Below, piece after piece: positions 29,208 through 37,823 of a DNA stretch of 64,000 nt (its first letter is position 1; every line of letters begins with the position of its first letter). The notes beneath the pieces are model-generated. The model made no database searches, was not told where the DNA came from, and saw only the letters and a program-made list of their open reading frames with translations. Made by a program: the position numbers and the translations under genes. This DNA comes from a virus. Lineage: Duplodnaviria > Caudoviricetes. The stretch covers positions 11,866 to 75,865 of the IMG/VR virus record IMGVR_UViG_2874444136_000005; one strand, written 5' to 3'.

Positions 29208-29254
29208 AGTATGATTAAAACGGAGTTTTTCAAAGCGGGGACGCTGTTCGTCAC
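29208..29254 (-). promoter_or_regulatory. Late promoter (P_lys-like) with putative C/Mor activator site
   Basis: GTGACGAACAGCGTCCCC, 23 nt, -10 CATACT. Confidence 0.7.
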
Positions 29255-29276
29255 CCTTTGATATCAGGCAAATTTA

Positions 29277-29726
29277 CTATAACAGATCTAATTGCTGTGA
29301 CGATACCTGTCGCTCAGCCAGCAGCTTTTGCGCCCACCGGTCAGTCACACCGTATTTGGGGCAAAGCGTGATGCGCGCAAAGCGGGAGCTTTCACCGGCC
29401 GCCACCAGAGCGTTGTGCTCGTCGATGAAACGGCGATTACGCCACTCACGCAACGCGCTGTCACAGCGCGGAATATACAGCGGTTCACTGCCGAAGTGTT
29501 TTTCGATGATAGCGGCCGTCTCCTTGCCGAGCAGCTCGATCAGCAGTTCGCCGCGCCGGTTACCCTTTTTACGCACGGACTTGCCGACCTTGAAGGTGAT
29601 GCCGCCAAGATGGCTTATCATTTCCTCGGTCTTGGCGTAGCCAATCAGTGAGATCAGCTCAATGACCACCGACGGTAACAGCGCTTCAACCTGGCTTAAA
29701 TCGGGCTTGATCTCGTTAAATTTCAT
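29277..29726 (-). CDS. Mor/C-family transcription activator
   Basis: LPSVVIELISLIG, FGSEPLYIPRC, RNRRF, KYGVTDRW. Confidence 0.88.
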   Translation of the reverse strand: MKFNEIKPDLSQVEALLPSVVIELISLIGYAKTEEMISHLGGITFKVGKSVRKKGNRRGELLIELLGKETAAIIEKHFGSEPLYIPRCDSALREWRNRRFIDEHNALVAAGESSRFARITLCPKYGVTDRWAQKLLAERQVSSQQLDLL

Positions 29727-30145
29727 GATGGCTTACTCCGGTTTTTGCGGCGTTTGGCGTCGATGATGAGCGCCTTCATCACTGCAGACAGCTGCTCGAC
29801 GGTCAGCCACTCCAGCACATGCTGCTGGTACATGTGCGCCGCCAGCCCCTCGGCGTAGTTCCAGGGGCGCTTGGCCTCGGCCAGTAGCGCCTCAATCTTG
29901 GCCAGGATAGCCTCTTTCGTGTGCGCCACTTTGGGCCGGCGTCCGTGCCGGGCGGTTTTGCGGGGGAACCCCTGCTGATGAAGGTACTCCCGGACGCGCT
30001 GCAGCTCGTCCAGCGAGCACTGCCGGCAGGAGGTTTTACCGTCGGTAACCCTGGCAATCATCTGACGATAGGTGTCGTCATCCATCCCCAGAAACGCCTG
30101 TCCGGCCTTGATGGCCCCGATGAGGCCTTTCGCGTTAGGTGTCAT
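29723..30145 (-). CDS. gemA: GemA / Mu gp16 family protein
   Basis: LGMDDDTYRQM, KIEALL, WNYAEGLA. Confidence 0.88.
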   Translation of the reverse strand: MTPNAKGLIGAIKAGQAFLGMDDDTYRQMIARVTDGKTSCRQCSLDELQRVREYLHQQGFPRKTARHGRRPKVAHTKEAILAKIEALLAEAKRPWNYAEGLAAHMYQQHVLEWLTVEQLSAVMKALIIDAKRRKNRSKPS

Positions 30146-30339
30146 ATCAAACTCCCGTACACTTTGGGGCGGTCAACCGTCGCCCACTGGATCTCTTTCT
30201 CGTCGTAGACCTGGTAAGCGCCGCCGTCCCACTGCACGCCGTAACGAAATCGCTCATCCGGCATTGGAAACACGTTGAGAACAACGCCCCGGCCAGGCCG
30301 GGGCGGCAACTTAACCACGCTGCCCTTGGGGTACTTCAT
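30142..30339 (-). CDS. Hypothetical SH3-like small protein
   Basis: MKYPKGSVVK..GVV..YGVQWD; GGAGG RBS. Confidence 0.55.
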   Translation of the reverse strand: MKYPKGSVVKLPPRPGRGVVLNVFPMPDERFRYGVQWDGGAYQVYDEKEIQWATVDRPKVYGSLI

Positions 30340-30559
30340 GAAAGGCCTCCAGAGGCTCCAGACGGTAGACGGAGACGCCGCCAATCTTGCCCTCGACCCG
30401 CACCACGGTCTTACCGTTCTGCAGGTGCCAGGCCACCGAGCGCGTCACCACTTCTTCGCAGTCAGGCACGCCGACAACGGGGTAGTAGCGAAACCGCGAA
30501 CCCACCGGAAAACGCCGGTTAAAGTCTTTGGCGCTGGTTTTGCGCAGGATGTTTTTCAT
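30311..30559 (-). CDS. Hypothetical early protein
   Basis: FNRRFPVGSRFRYYP..TRSVAW; GGAGG RBS. Confidence 0.65.
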   Translation of the reverse strand: MKNILRKTSAKDFNRRFPVGSRFRYYPVVGVPDCEEVVTRSVAWHLQNGKTVVRVEGKIGGVSVYRLEPLEAFHEVPQGQRG

Positions 30560-31334
30560 GTGGCCTCCACTGGCGGCTTGTCAGCTCGATATAACGGCGT
30601 ACGAAAAGATCACTCGCCTTGCGAGGTGATAATGGAGAAATAATGAATTGGTCGGTCGGCTCAATGCCTTTGATAATGTCCCACTGATCGCCATCATCAA
30701 TGTCAAAATCACGACGTTCGGTAGCCAGCATGACCAAATCCGCCTGTTTGACTTCGGCACTTTTCTCGCGAGGCAGGCCGAACTTGTCACGGATGGCGCT
30801 ATCAACCATCGCCTCGACATCACGATAATCCGGTAGTAATGCCTTGAGCGGAGCCGGAATATCCTGGCAATAGGCTTCGCTGGCGTCGTGCAGCAATGCT
30901 TCCAGAGCGAATTCCGGCGGCACCAGGTGACTCACCAAGACTGAATGTTGTGCAACACTATAAAACTGCCATAAGTGACCACAAAACCTACATAAATGAG
31001 ATAAAGCCTGGGCAATATCGTTAATGTGAATCATGTCTGGTGTAATACTTTCGTAGCAGAAATGGCGACCACTAAAGGTGCGAATATAATGCTGCTGTGC
31101 CGGCTGCTGTAGGTTGATTTCAACGCAGTTCGTCAACAGTTCGGCATCCAGCATTTCATCCGCTATCCGGTAGGCTGATTTGGCCATATCGGCGTAATCG
31201 GCCCAGGCTCCGGTATTTAGGCCGCTAATTACCAGCGCCTGCATAGCTGCGCTGGCGTACTGCTGGCGAATATTCAGGGTTTCATTTTTCATCGGTAATT
31301 CTCCGGATATAGAGTGCATTAACTTAGAGTTCAC
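30519..31334 (-). CDS. HD-domain 5'-deoxynucleotidase (YfdR/YfbR-like) with N-terminal extra module
   Basis: DIAQALSHLCRFCGH, YSVAQHS, ALLHDASEAYCQD, ADLVMLATERRD. Confidence 0.85.
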   Translation of the reverse strand: MNSKLMHSISGELPMKNETLNIRQQYASAAMQALVISGLNTGAWADYADMAKSAYRIADEMLDAELLTNCVEINLQQPAQQHYIRTFSGRHFCYESITPDMIHINDIAQALSHLCRFCGHLWQFYSVAQHSVLVSHLVPPEFALEALLHDASEAYCQDIPAPLKALLPDYRDVEAMVDSAIRDKFGLPREKSAEVKQADLVMLATERRDFDIDDGDQWDIIKGIEPTDQFIISPLSPRKASDLFVRRYIELTSRQWRPHEKHPAQNQRQRL

Positions 31335-31870
31335 AATGCCCCCTCATAATGTTTTCTTTTTTCGAAGTTCACCCAACTGCGAACTGTTCTGTCATTGAGT
31401 TCTAATTTTTCGGCTATCATTTTTGACGTTAGCCCTACGTCAGATAGTTTTCGTGCCAGCTCTACCTCGTCCTTCCCATATCGGCAAAATAAGTGGCGCT
31501 CACCGAAAGGACGGCCCGGTTGTATTCCATTGCTGCGCATAGTTACACGAATGGTATCTTCCGTTCGCCCCAAAAACTCAGCGATTTCCCTTTGTGACAT
31601 TACTTGCCTTTTATCCCGCATGAACTTTATTTCCCACTCATCAAATTTTTTGTGGCATTGATAAAGTTCGACTCCGTACTTAATGGCCTTTCTTCTTAAC
31701 GTGCTGACGTGGCATTGCAGCAGCGCCGCCAATTTGGGCGCGGGCATTTTTGGGCCTAACCTGAACAAAAGAGCAACTCGGATTGGATGCCATTGTTTGA
31801 TTCTTACCTTATACATCGTCCATTGATGCGCCTCGAGTTTGTATATAAAACTCGTTTGTGGGATGTTCAT
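31331..31870 (-). CDS. Multi-HTH DNA-binding protein
   Basis: SQREIAEFLGRT and TSKMIAEKLELNDRTVRSW. Confidence 0.65.
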   Translation of the reverse strand: MNIPQTSFIYKLEAHQWTMYKVRIKQWHPIRVALLFRLGPKMPAPKLAALLQCHVSTLRRKAIKYGVELYQCHKKFDEWEIKFMRDKRQVMSQREIAEFLGRTEDTIRVTMRSNGIQPGRPFGERHLFCRYGKDEVELARKLSDVGLTSKMIAEKLELNDRTVRSWVNFEKRKHYEGAL

Positions 31871-32097
31871 TGGAACCTCCAGAGTTTTTTATGGCGCTCT
31901 ACTGCTTGTTTCATCGCGACACGCTCACCATTGGTGTGAACCTTGTTGCCGCGCGGGTCATAGAACTGAAAGCGCGAACGTACAGGCAAACGCGGATATT
32001 CGATCACCGTGGCTTTATTGGTAAGGTGATAAACACGCTTGGCGCCACCATCCTGGTGCTGGCAGCCAGAAACCGACAAAAAGGTCGTTAGTGTCAT
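31867..32097 (-). CDS. Hypothetical protein
   Basis: ATGA-coupled ORF in early operon. Confidence 0.55.
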   Translation of the reverse strand: MTLTTFLSVSGCQHQDGGAKRVYHLTNKATVIEYPRLPVRSRFQFYDPRGNKVHTNGERVAMKQAVERHKKLWRFQ

Positions 32098-32312
32098 GCG
32101 CCAATCCCTCCCCAATTACGATGAATATTACCGGCGGCTTTAATGGGGTCATTGTTCCACCACGCACCGGACATGTACCTACGCACTTCCTGCCTCCCAG
32201 CCAGCACGCCAATTACAATTCCTGGCCGCACGTTCTTGAATAAGGCCCGGGCGAAAAGGTATTTATTGGCAATGGCTGATGGTTTTAATGGTTTACGTTT
32301 GGGGAATATCAT
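32094..32312 (-). CDS. Hypothetical protein
   Basis: ATGA-coupled ORF in early operon. Confidence 0.55.
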   Translation of the reverse strand: MIFPKRKPLKPSAIANKYLFARALFKNVRPGIVIGVLAGRQEVRRYMSGAWWNNDPIKAAGNIHRNWGGIGA

Positions 32313-32695
32313 TGGCCATCCCTCTTTACGGTAAAACCAGCGGCCTGGATGGCTTCGACGGCTTCATCAACCTTTATCATCTTGCCGGATAACTTGCCGT
32401 CGCTGACAAGGTAGACCGTTGGCAACCGCACTGGCACAGCCAGCTTGGTCTCCAATAATCGGGCATAATCGCTAATATCCTTTGCCGTCCAACCGCCATC
32501 AATAGCTGCCTGCGGCAACCCTTGAAGCACCAATTCCAATTCATAAACCCGAGCAGCCAAATTATCCCGCTGCGTTTTTACGGCGAGGTGGTCTTGATAC
32601 TCCACATATTCGCCGTCTGGTGTCTCACGCATAAACGCCATTTCGTGTGACATATGCATTGAACAATCTGGGGTATATCGTTTCATTTCGCTCAC
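32309..32695 (-). CDS. Ead/Ea22-like hypothetical protein
   Basis: C-terminus PVRLP...AIQAAGFTV resembles that of 59776..60363. Confidence 0.6.
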   Translation of the reverse strand: MSEMKRYTPDCSMHMSHEMAFMRETPDGEYVEYQDHLAVKTQRDNLAARVYELELVLQGLPQAAIDGGWTAKDISDYARLLETKLAVPVRLPTVYLVSDGKLSGKMIKVDEAVEAIQAAGFTVKRDGQ

Positions 32696-32820
32696 CCCTT
32701 AAAGAGAAAGTAAATACCAATACCGCCAGTGATAAGGAGAACCCAAAAAACCACACATCCCCAAAATAGGGTCTCCCAGATATCTTTTGCACATGCATCC
32801 ACAATTGATTTCTTATCCAT
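32692..32820 (-). CDS. Small membrane peptide (42 aa)
   Basis: MDKKSIVDACAKDIWETLFWGCVVFWVLLITGGIGIYFLFKG; GAGG RBS; stop overlaps next start. Confidence 0.5.
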   Translation of the reverse strand: MDKKSIVDACAKDIWETLFWGCVVFWVLLITGGIGIYFLFKG

Positions 32821-32901
32821 TATGCAAGCCTCATATTTTAGGCGTAAGCGCGCCCCTGCGGGTTTACGCCATAATTAAAAGTCAGTTATTTACGTTTAAA
32901 T

Positions 32902-33099
32902 TCAGTCGGTCGGTGTTAACGATTCAATATTGACGAAATATGGTGCAACATTGATTTCCACAACCGTTGCCGATTTAAGGTCTCGGGCTGCTTCCACAGT
33001 CCTGACCACCGGGCCACCACATAGCACCCGGTTAGGCTGATAAATAAACGTACTGCCGATTTTGTGCTGCTGGTTAAATAACTTTGCTTTTGAACCCAT
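32902..33099 (-). CDS. Hypothetical early protein (resembles 30311..30559)
   Basis: FNQQHKIGSTFIYQP..VRTVEAA. Confidence 0.6.
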   Translation of the reverse strand: MGSKAKLFNQQHKIGSTFIYQPNRVLCGGPVVRTVEAARDLKSATVVEINVAPYFVNIESLTPTD

Positions 33100-33100
33100 A

Positions 33101-33730
33101 TCACACCGCCGCGATATTAATAGGGATGCTATTCAGCTCACCGCTACTGTCTTTTTTGAAGAACCGAATATAGGTCTTACTGACCGCCACCTGCAGGGAC
33201 TCAGAAATGCAGTCCATCGCTTTAAGCCAGCGTGGATCATCAATCTTGATGCGACGCAGCGATAAGATGCGGCCGGTGTTGAGCTTGCCTTCCTGGTCAA
33301 CGGCGAACGCATCATTCACGATGGCTTTCAGATTTTTATTGGCACCCTCTGACCACTCGCTCAGGCACTCATCAATAATGTCCTTAGCCACCTGCAGCTC
33401 CGGCCCGAACGTCAGCGAGTCCTGCACGGCAATGCGGATTTGTTGGCTACCGTCGAACGAGGAGAACGTGACGTTGCCTTTCAGGCCGCCGCGCTGACGG
33501 TCGTACTTTTCCGCAACCAGATCGAGCCAGGCATAGCAGTCATCAAAAGACTTATTTTTAAACGCCTTGATGCGCTCGCTTTCATCCTCTGCCTCTTTGA
33601 CCTGGGCACGAACAAAGGCGTCCATTTCGATATCAAAAGGGGATACCTGCTCAACAGGAACCAGGCGACCCTTACGGTCTGCCATGTAGCCTTCAGGAAT
33701 TGTGTTATTTGATGCGACTGCAGTAGTCAT
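33101..33730 (-). CDS. DUF3164 family protein
   Basis: GYMADRKGRLVP, KGNVTFSSFDG, FGPELQVAK, SKTYIRF. Confidence 0.85.
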   Translation of the reverse strand: MTTAVASNNTIPEGYMADRKGRLVPVEQVSPFDIEMDAFVRAQVKEAEDESERIKAFKNKSFDDCYAWLDLVAEKYDRQRGGLKGNVTFSSFDGSQQIRIAVQDSLTFGPELQVAKDIIDECLSEWSEGANKNLKAIVNDAFAVDQEGKLNTGRILSLRRIKIDDPRWLKAMDCISESLQVAVSKTYIRFFKKDSSGELNSIPINIAAV

Positions 33731-33767
33731 ATAAACCTCTTTATTAATAGTCCGAAATAAAACGCAA

Positions 33768-34001
33768 TTAACACCAGATGATGTGTGCGCCATGCCATAT
33801 CGTCATTTTGACAGTACGCTTAATTCCGTTTCGTGTTTCCGTGATTTCCACGGCACCCTTTACCCAATCTTGCAGTGGTGCTTCAACTTCAATAACCGGG
33901 CGGCGAAAATTAACATGGCACTCAACAACCTTTAACCCCACACGCGCCAGACAATTCAACTTCGCCGCAATCTTCTTATTGTTTACCGTTAATTGTTCCA
34001 T
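33768..34001 (-). CDS. Hypothetical early protein
   Basis: GAGG RBS, follows B. Confidence 0.6.
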   Translation of the reverse strand: MEQLTVNNKKIAAKLNCLARVGLKVVECHVNFRRPVIEVEAPLQDWVKGAVEITETRNGIKRTVKMTIWHGAHIIWC

Positions 34002-34013
34002 GCTAATGCCTCA

Positions 34014-34910
34014 TTAACTAATTAACATGCCGGCGACTTTATCAACCATTGCCTCATCAATCGGCGTGGCGTTAATTTCGCTGGCGCGGATGGTGCCGCG
34101 TGCCAATTTGAACAACCGGCGCGCATTACCTTTTGATGCCCTGTAAAAGGCGGAAAAAACACTGTCGCTGTTCGCTTCCTCGACCATGTTGGTGAGGATA
34201 AGCTGCAGGTCTGCCTGCGGCAGCTTTTCCTGCAGATCAAGAGCAAAGCCAACACGGCTATAGAGCTGCGCATACTCGCCGCGCTTGCCTTTCAGGTTGA
34301 GGATCAAACGTGGCATACCGGCCAGAACGACGCCTACACCGGCCTTGTCATGAATGCGGCGGATGACCTCCAGCGCACGGTACGGCAGGTTCTCGGCCTC
34401 ATCGATAAGCACAGCACGTCCTGTGCCGCTCAGTGCGGTGATGCAGCTCTCGCTCAGCTCATGGATGGTGCCGCGCTTGCTGAGGCCCAGGCGGTCGCAC
34501 AGCTCCTGCAGGAGCACCAACGCGGTATAGCCGGGGTCGGCCTCAATCAAGATGGCATCACGATAGCGGCGAGCGTACTCCTTCAACATCATGGTTTTGC
34601 CCAAACCGGCCGCGCCGTAGATTACGTTGATATCGTTTTCCAGGTGCGCCATGCGAATGACCTCAAGGCCGCTTTTGGCGGTAATAGTCGGCACGAAATC
34701 AATATTCAGATGGTGCAGGCGGTCTTTATCAGACTCACGCTGAATAAAGCCGGACAGTTCAGATTCCAGGGTTTTAATATCGCCGCTGTATTTCCCACTC
34801 AGGAACGTGCTGATCGCCGCCGGGCTGCGACCAATGGCGCGCGCTACATGGGATTGCGTGTAGCCCTTACGGCTCATAATTTCTTCAAGCTGTACGCTTA
34901 TTTTTGACAT
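34014..34910 (-). CDS. B: Transposition ATPase MuB-like
   Basis: N-terminal HTH; GAAGLGKT; VLIDEAE; QLYSRVG. Confidence 0.93.
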   Translation of the reverse strand: MSKISVQLEEIMSRKGYTQSHVARAIGRSPAAISTFLSGKYSGDIKTLESELSGFIQRESDKDRLHHLNIDFVPTITAKSGLEVIRMAHLENDINVIYGAAGLGKTMMLKEYARRYRDAILIEADPGYTALVLLQELCDRLGLSKRGTIHELSESCITALSGTGRAVLIDEAENLPYRALEVIRRIHDKAGVGVVLAGMPRLILNLKGKRGEYAQLYSRVGFALDLQEKLPQADLQLILTNMVEEANSDSVFSAFYRASKGNARRLFKLARGTIRASEINATPIDEAMVDKVAGMLIS

Positions 34911-34925
34911 GTTTTATTCTCCAGT

Positions 34926-36971
34926 TCAGCGGGAATTGGTTTTCTTAAAATATTCTTCGCGTTCTGTTTCTAATAAGAACAGCGGCTTGTTATCTCGCGG
35001 TGCGGTATCCACAAACAGACTGCTAAAGTCATTCCGTTGAACTTCCAAGACCGGCCGCAGCTCGTCGTTGGCATCCTGAATAATCTTCCCAGCCCGTTTA
35101 ATCATGCGTTTAGCGCGTTTCTCTTTGGCCTGCTCAACGCGAGACTGAGGAACAGGGGAATGAGAGTTGCCATTCCAAATGGCCGTGCAAACATAGGTGC
35201 CATCCATTTGGCGAATAATAACTACCTCCGGGTCGTGAATATCCATACCCACGCGCACTGACTGGCGATCGACGTCGATAAGGTCTTTGGAGAAATATTG
35301 GTTATTCCCGACACTGACCCATCCGCGCTGCGCCACGCGCTCAACCTCTGGCATAAACATCTCGCGCAGCTCGCCTTCGGTGATGTACTCGATTTCATCA
35401 CCTTCCTGCTGCAACACCTGGGCGCGATAGGCCGCCGGTGTCATGTGAGCACCGTCAACCTTTGGTAACTCACTGTGTTCATGGTGATTGTTGTAGTTAT
35501 CAATTTCGTCCTGTACGGCGTCCATCAACCACTGCCACGATGGCAGGTCGCGGAACGTCCGCTGCTGCTGGGTGGTCAGCTCGTTGCCGTTGCGCAGGGC
35601 ATCCGACAGGCTGATGAGATTTTTCCCCTGTATCCTGGCGGCGTTCGGGTCAACCGATCGCCCGTTATAGGTCATCGTCCGTTTGGCGATACGCTCCGGA
35701 ATGACGGCGTTGAGGCGTTCGATGATGCCGCGTGCCTGCGGGTTGCCCGGTATACCAGTCATATGCTCAATACCCAGGCGCGGGAATATCCCGGTAATAT
35801 CGGCGTCCAGCATTTTGTTTTTCTGCCCGCCGCCATTATCCGAATAAACAAATAACGGCTTACCGAAATGCTTCATGCCAAAGCGGTATGCATCCGCAAC
35901 ACCCATCGCGTTCTCTGACAGCGATAAACTCCAGCCGACGACAAAACGTGTCCGGCCATCAATAACCATGGTCAGCTCTGGCGTGAATGGTCGCCCGTGA
36001 ATCGGGTGGGCCACCTTCATATCCATGGATTTACCATCGCTGATCCAGATGCCATTGACCGGCATCTGCGCCCAGTCGCGCTTGGAATACACTTCGTAAG
36101 CCTTTTTGGCTGAGCCGGAAACACGTCCCTGGACGCGAGAGCACAGCGGCAACTGGTTAACCCGGCGCAAAACGGCGTAGTAAGACGGTATCGCTTTACG
36201 CATGGCCGGCTCCGCGTGGTAGACCTCGTGCCATTCCCGACGGAAAGAGCGGTAAGCCTCGCGCACGCTGGGGCCGTTCCTGTTGGCGTAGTGAGGCCAG
36301 AACATGCCGTAAAACCATGATGCATCCTCGGGCTTTTTGCGCTTGTTTTGCCCTGGTGCCAGCATGGCCAGACGCTCCAGGCCGGGCTGCGTCGCCTGAA
36401 AAATGGAGACCCACTCCTGTAGGCTGCTGCGGCTAATGCCAACCCGCGAACCCTTGCGGGCGTTGGCCAGGTCTGCCGCCGCCATCAAGTTCTCTGGCAG
36501 TGAGCCATCGCGCGAACCACCCACGATGTAATTCACAGCAGAGAGGCGGGACAGGCCGGCATTGCGCAACCGCTCCACCTCAGACGCCAGCAGCGCACGG
36601 GCATCCGCGATGGCTTTCTGGTCATCAGTCAGGCCGCAAACCTCGCGCTCTATCAGCGCAGGGCATTGGCGCATCAGCTCCAGTTCCTGGCGCGGTTTGA
36701 TACGAGAATTGAGTTTCGAGCTTGCTAGCAAAGCCGGTACTTCTGCTCGAGTTTGTATCAAATCATTGTAATGACGTTCGCGTAAGGCCAGTTGCAACTC
36801 ATTGGGTAAACAATCCAATTGAAATTCGTAAGCAACACCTTTAACCCCACTTTTTTGTCTGGAAGTCCAATTCTCTTTTTTGGCTCTCCGGAGTACGGAG
36901 CTTATAGCGGAAGGAAACCCCGGTAATCCGGCGATCTCCTTTGCTGTAACCCAGTTGCGAAGAGAAGCCAT
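34926..36971 (-). CDS. A: DDE transposase MuA-like
   Basis: Mu I-alpha domain; WISDG, YSDNGGG, ARGIIER DDE motifs. Confidence 0.95.
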   Translation of the reverse strand: MASLRNWVTAKEIAGLPGFPSAISSVLRRAKKENWTSRQKSGVKGVAYEFQLDCLPNELQLALRERHYNDLIQTRAEVPALLASSKLNSRIKPRQELELMRQCPALIEREVCGLTDDQKAIADARALLASEVERLRNAGLSRLSAVNYIVGGSRDGSLPENLMAAADLANARKGSRVGISRSSLQEWVSIFQATQPGLERLAMLAPGQNKRKKPEDASWFYGMFWPHYANRNGPSVREAYRSFRREWHEVYHAEPAMRKAIPSYYAVLRRVNQLPLCSRVQGRVSGSAKKAYEVYSKRDWAQMPVNGIWISDGKSMDMKVAHPIHGRPFTPELTMVIDGRTRFVVGWSLSLSENAMGVADAYRFGMKHFGKPLFVYSDNGGGQKNKMLDADITGIFPRLGIEHMTGIPGNPQARGIIERLNAVIPERIAKRTMTYNGRSVDPNAARIQGKNLISLSDALRNGNELTTQQQRTFRDLPSWQWLMDAVQDEIDNYNNHHEHSELPKVDGAHMTPAAYRAQVLQQEGDEIEYITEGELREMFMPEVERVAQRGWVSVGNNQYFSKDLIDVDRQSVRVGMDIHDPEVVIIRQMDGTYVCTAIWNGNSHSPVPQSRVEQAKEKRAKRMIKRAGKIIQDANDELRPVLEVQRNDFSSLFVDTAPRDNKPLFLLETEREEYFKKTNSR

Positions 36972-36972
36972 A

Positions 36973-37185
36973 TCAATATCTCCCTGGCCAGATTTCTTGT
37001 GGAGTCATTCCGATCGCTTCAGCGATTATTTTTTCAGCTTTTGGATAGGGCTTATCCAAGGCGTTCTTCAATGTGTATGGGGATAAGTTGTGAACGCGTC
37101 CCAAACTTGAAAGTGACAGGTTCTTTTTACGAAGCGCCGCCACTATGTCAGCCCTGTGCATGTTTGCTCTTTTTTCAATTTTCAT
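36973..37185 (-). CDS. ner: Ner-like regulator
   Basis: HRADIVAALRK..SLSSL..PYPKAEKIIAEAIG..PQEIWPGRY. Confidence 0.93.
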   Translation of the reverse strand: MKIEKRANMHRADIVAALRKKNLSLSSLGRVHNLSPYTLKNALDKPYPKAEKIIAEAIGMTPQEIWPGRY

Positions 37186-37405
37186 TTCATGCCATCCTTA
37201 AAAGTTAACTAACTAGGTAGCACTGATAGTACCCATCTAGCTACAGGTAAAAGATACTTTCATTGCGTTGTCGTTGCAAGTTGCGCGACGAAATAAAATT
37301 AATGGAAATTCTTAAATTTCAATTATCCAGTTGATTTTTATGTGATTAATTTTTTCGTTGCATCATTAGCAATGCCACGAAAAACGCAACAAAACGGGGT
37401 GTTTT
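37186..37405. promoter_or_regulatory. Divergent c/ner control region (operators/enhancer, possible IHF site)
   Basis: AT-rich; repeated GTTGC/GCAAC-like motifs at ~37263-37290 and ~37355-37392; AATCAACTGGATA near 37324. Confidence 0.55.
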
Positions 37406-37807
37406 GTGATGGCGGTTAACGAGTGGTTTTCAGCGAGTGAATTGGCAGGGTTACCAGGGCTACCCGGTGACAAGAGTAGTGTTAACAGAAAAGCTAATAA
37501 GGAGGACTGGAAGAGGCGTCAGAGGAAAGGGGTCAAGGGGGTGGCGTTTGAGTTTCACATTACCTCACTCCCACCTGAGACCCAGGAAGCGTTAGGAGTT
37601 GAGGCCACCATCGATTCCGAAGGTGAAATCGACACAGAAGCGCTATCGAAAATCATTGAAGCGATCGAGATTTTATTGAGCAGTAGGACTAAGCAGATTT
37701 CACCGGCAACAAAAGCCAAAGTCATCGCCATTCTTTATCGCGCATTTAAATCAAGCAATATCATTGACATAAAGTTAATCAGAGAAACTTTAGAGCTTGT
37801 AGCCTAA
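37406..37807 (+). CDS. c: Mu-type repressor c
   Basis: N-terminus homologous to transposase I-alpha domain (ELAGLPGLP..GVKGVAFEF). Confidence 0.88.
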   Translation: MMAVNEWFSASELAGLPGLPGDKSSVNRKANKEDWKRRQRKGVKGVAFEFHITSLPPETQEALGVEATIDSEGEIDTEALSKIIEAIEILLSSRTKQISPATKAKVIAILYRAFKSSNIIDIKLIRETLELVA

Positions 37808-37823
37808 CATCTGGAGCCACCTT

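Noticed and set aside
32840-32870. Hairpin GGCGTAA...TTACGCC as a novel ncRNA
   Set aside because: Single short intergenic stem, most simply a terminator or processing site
36800-37600. Similarity between repressor and transposase N-termini as a novel duplication
   Set aside because: Established feature of Mu (shared operator/enhancer-binding domain)
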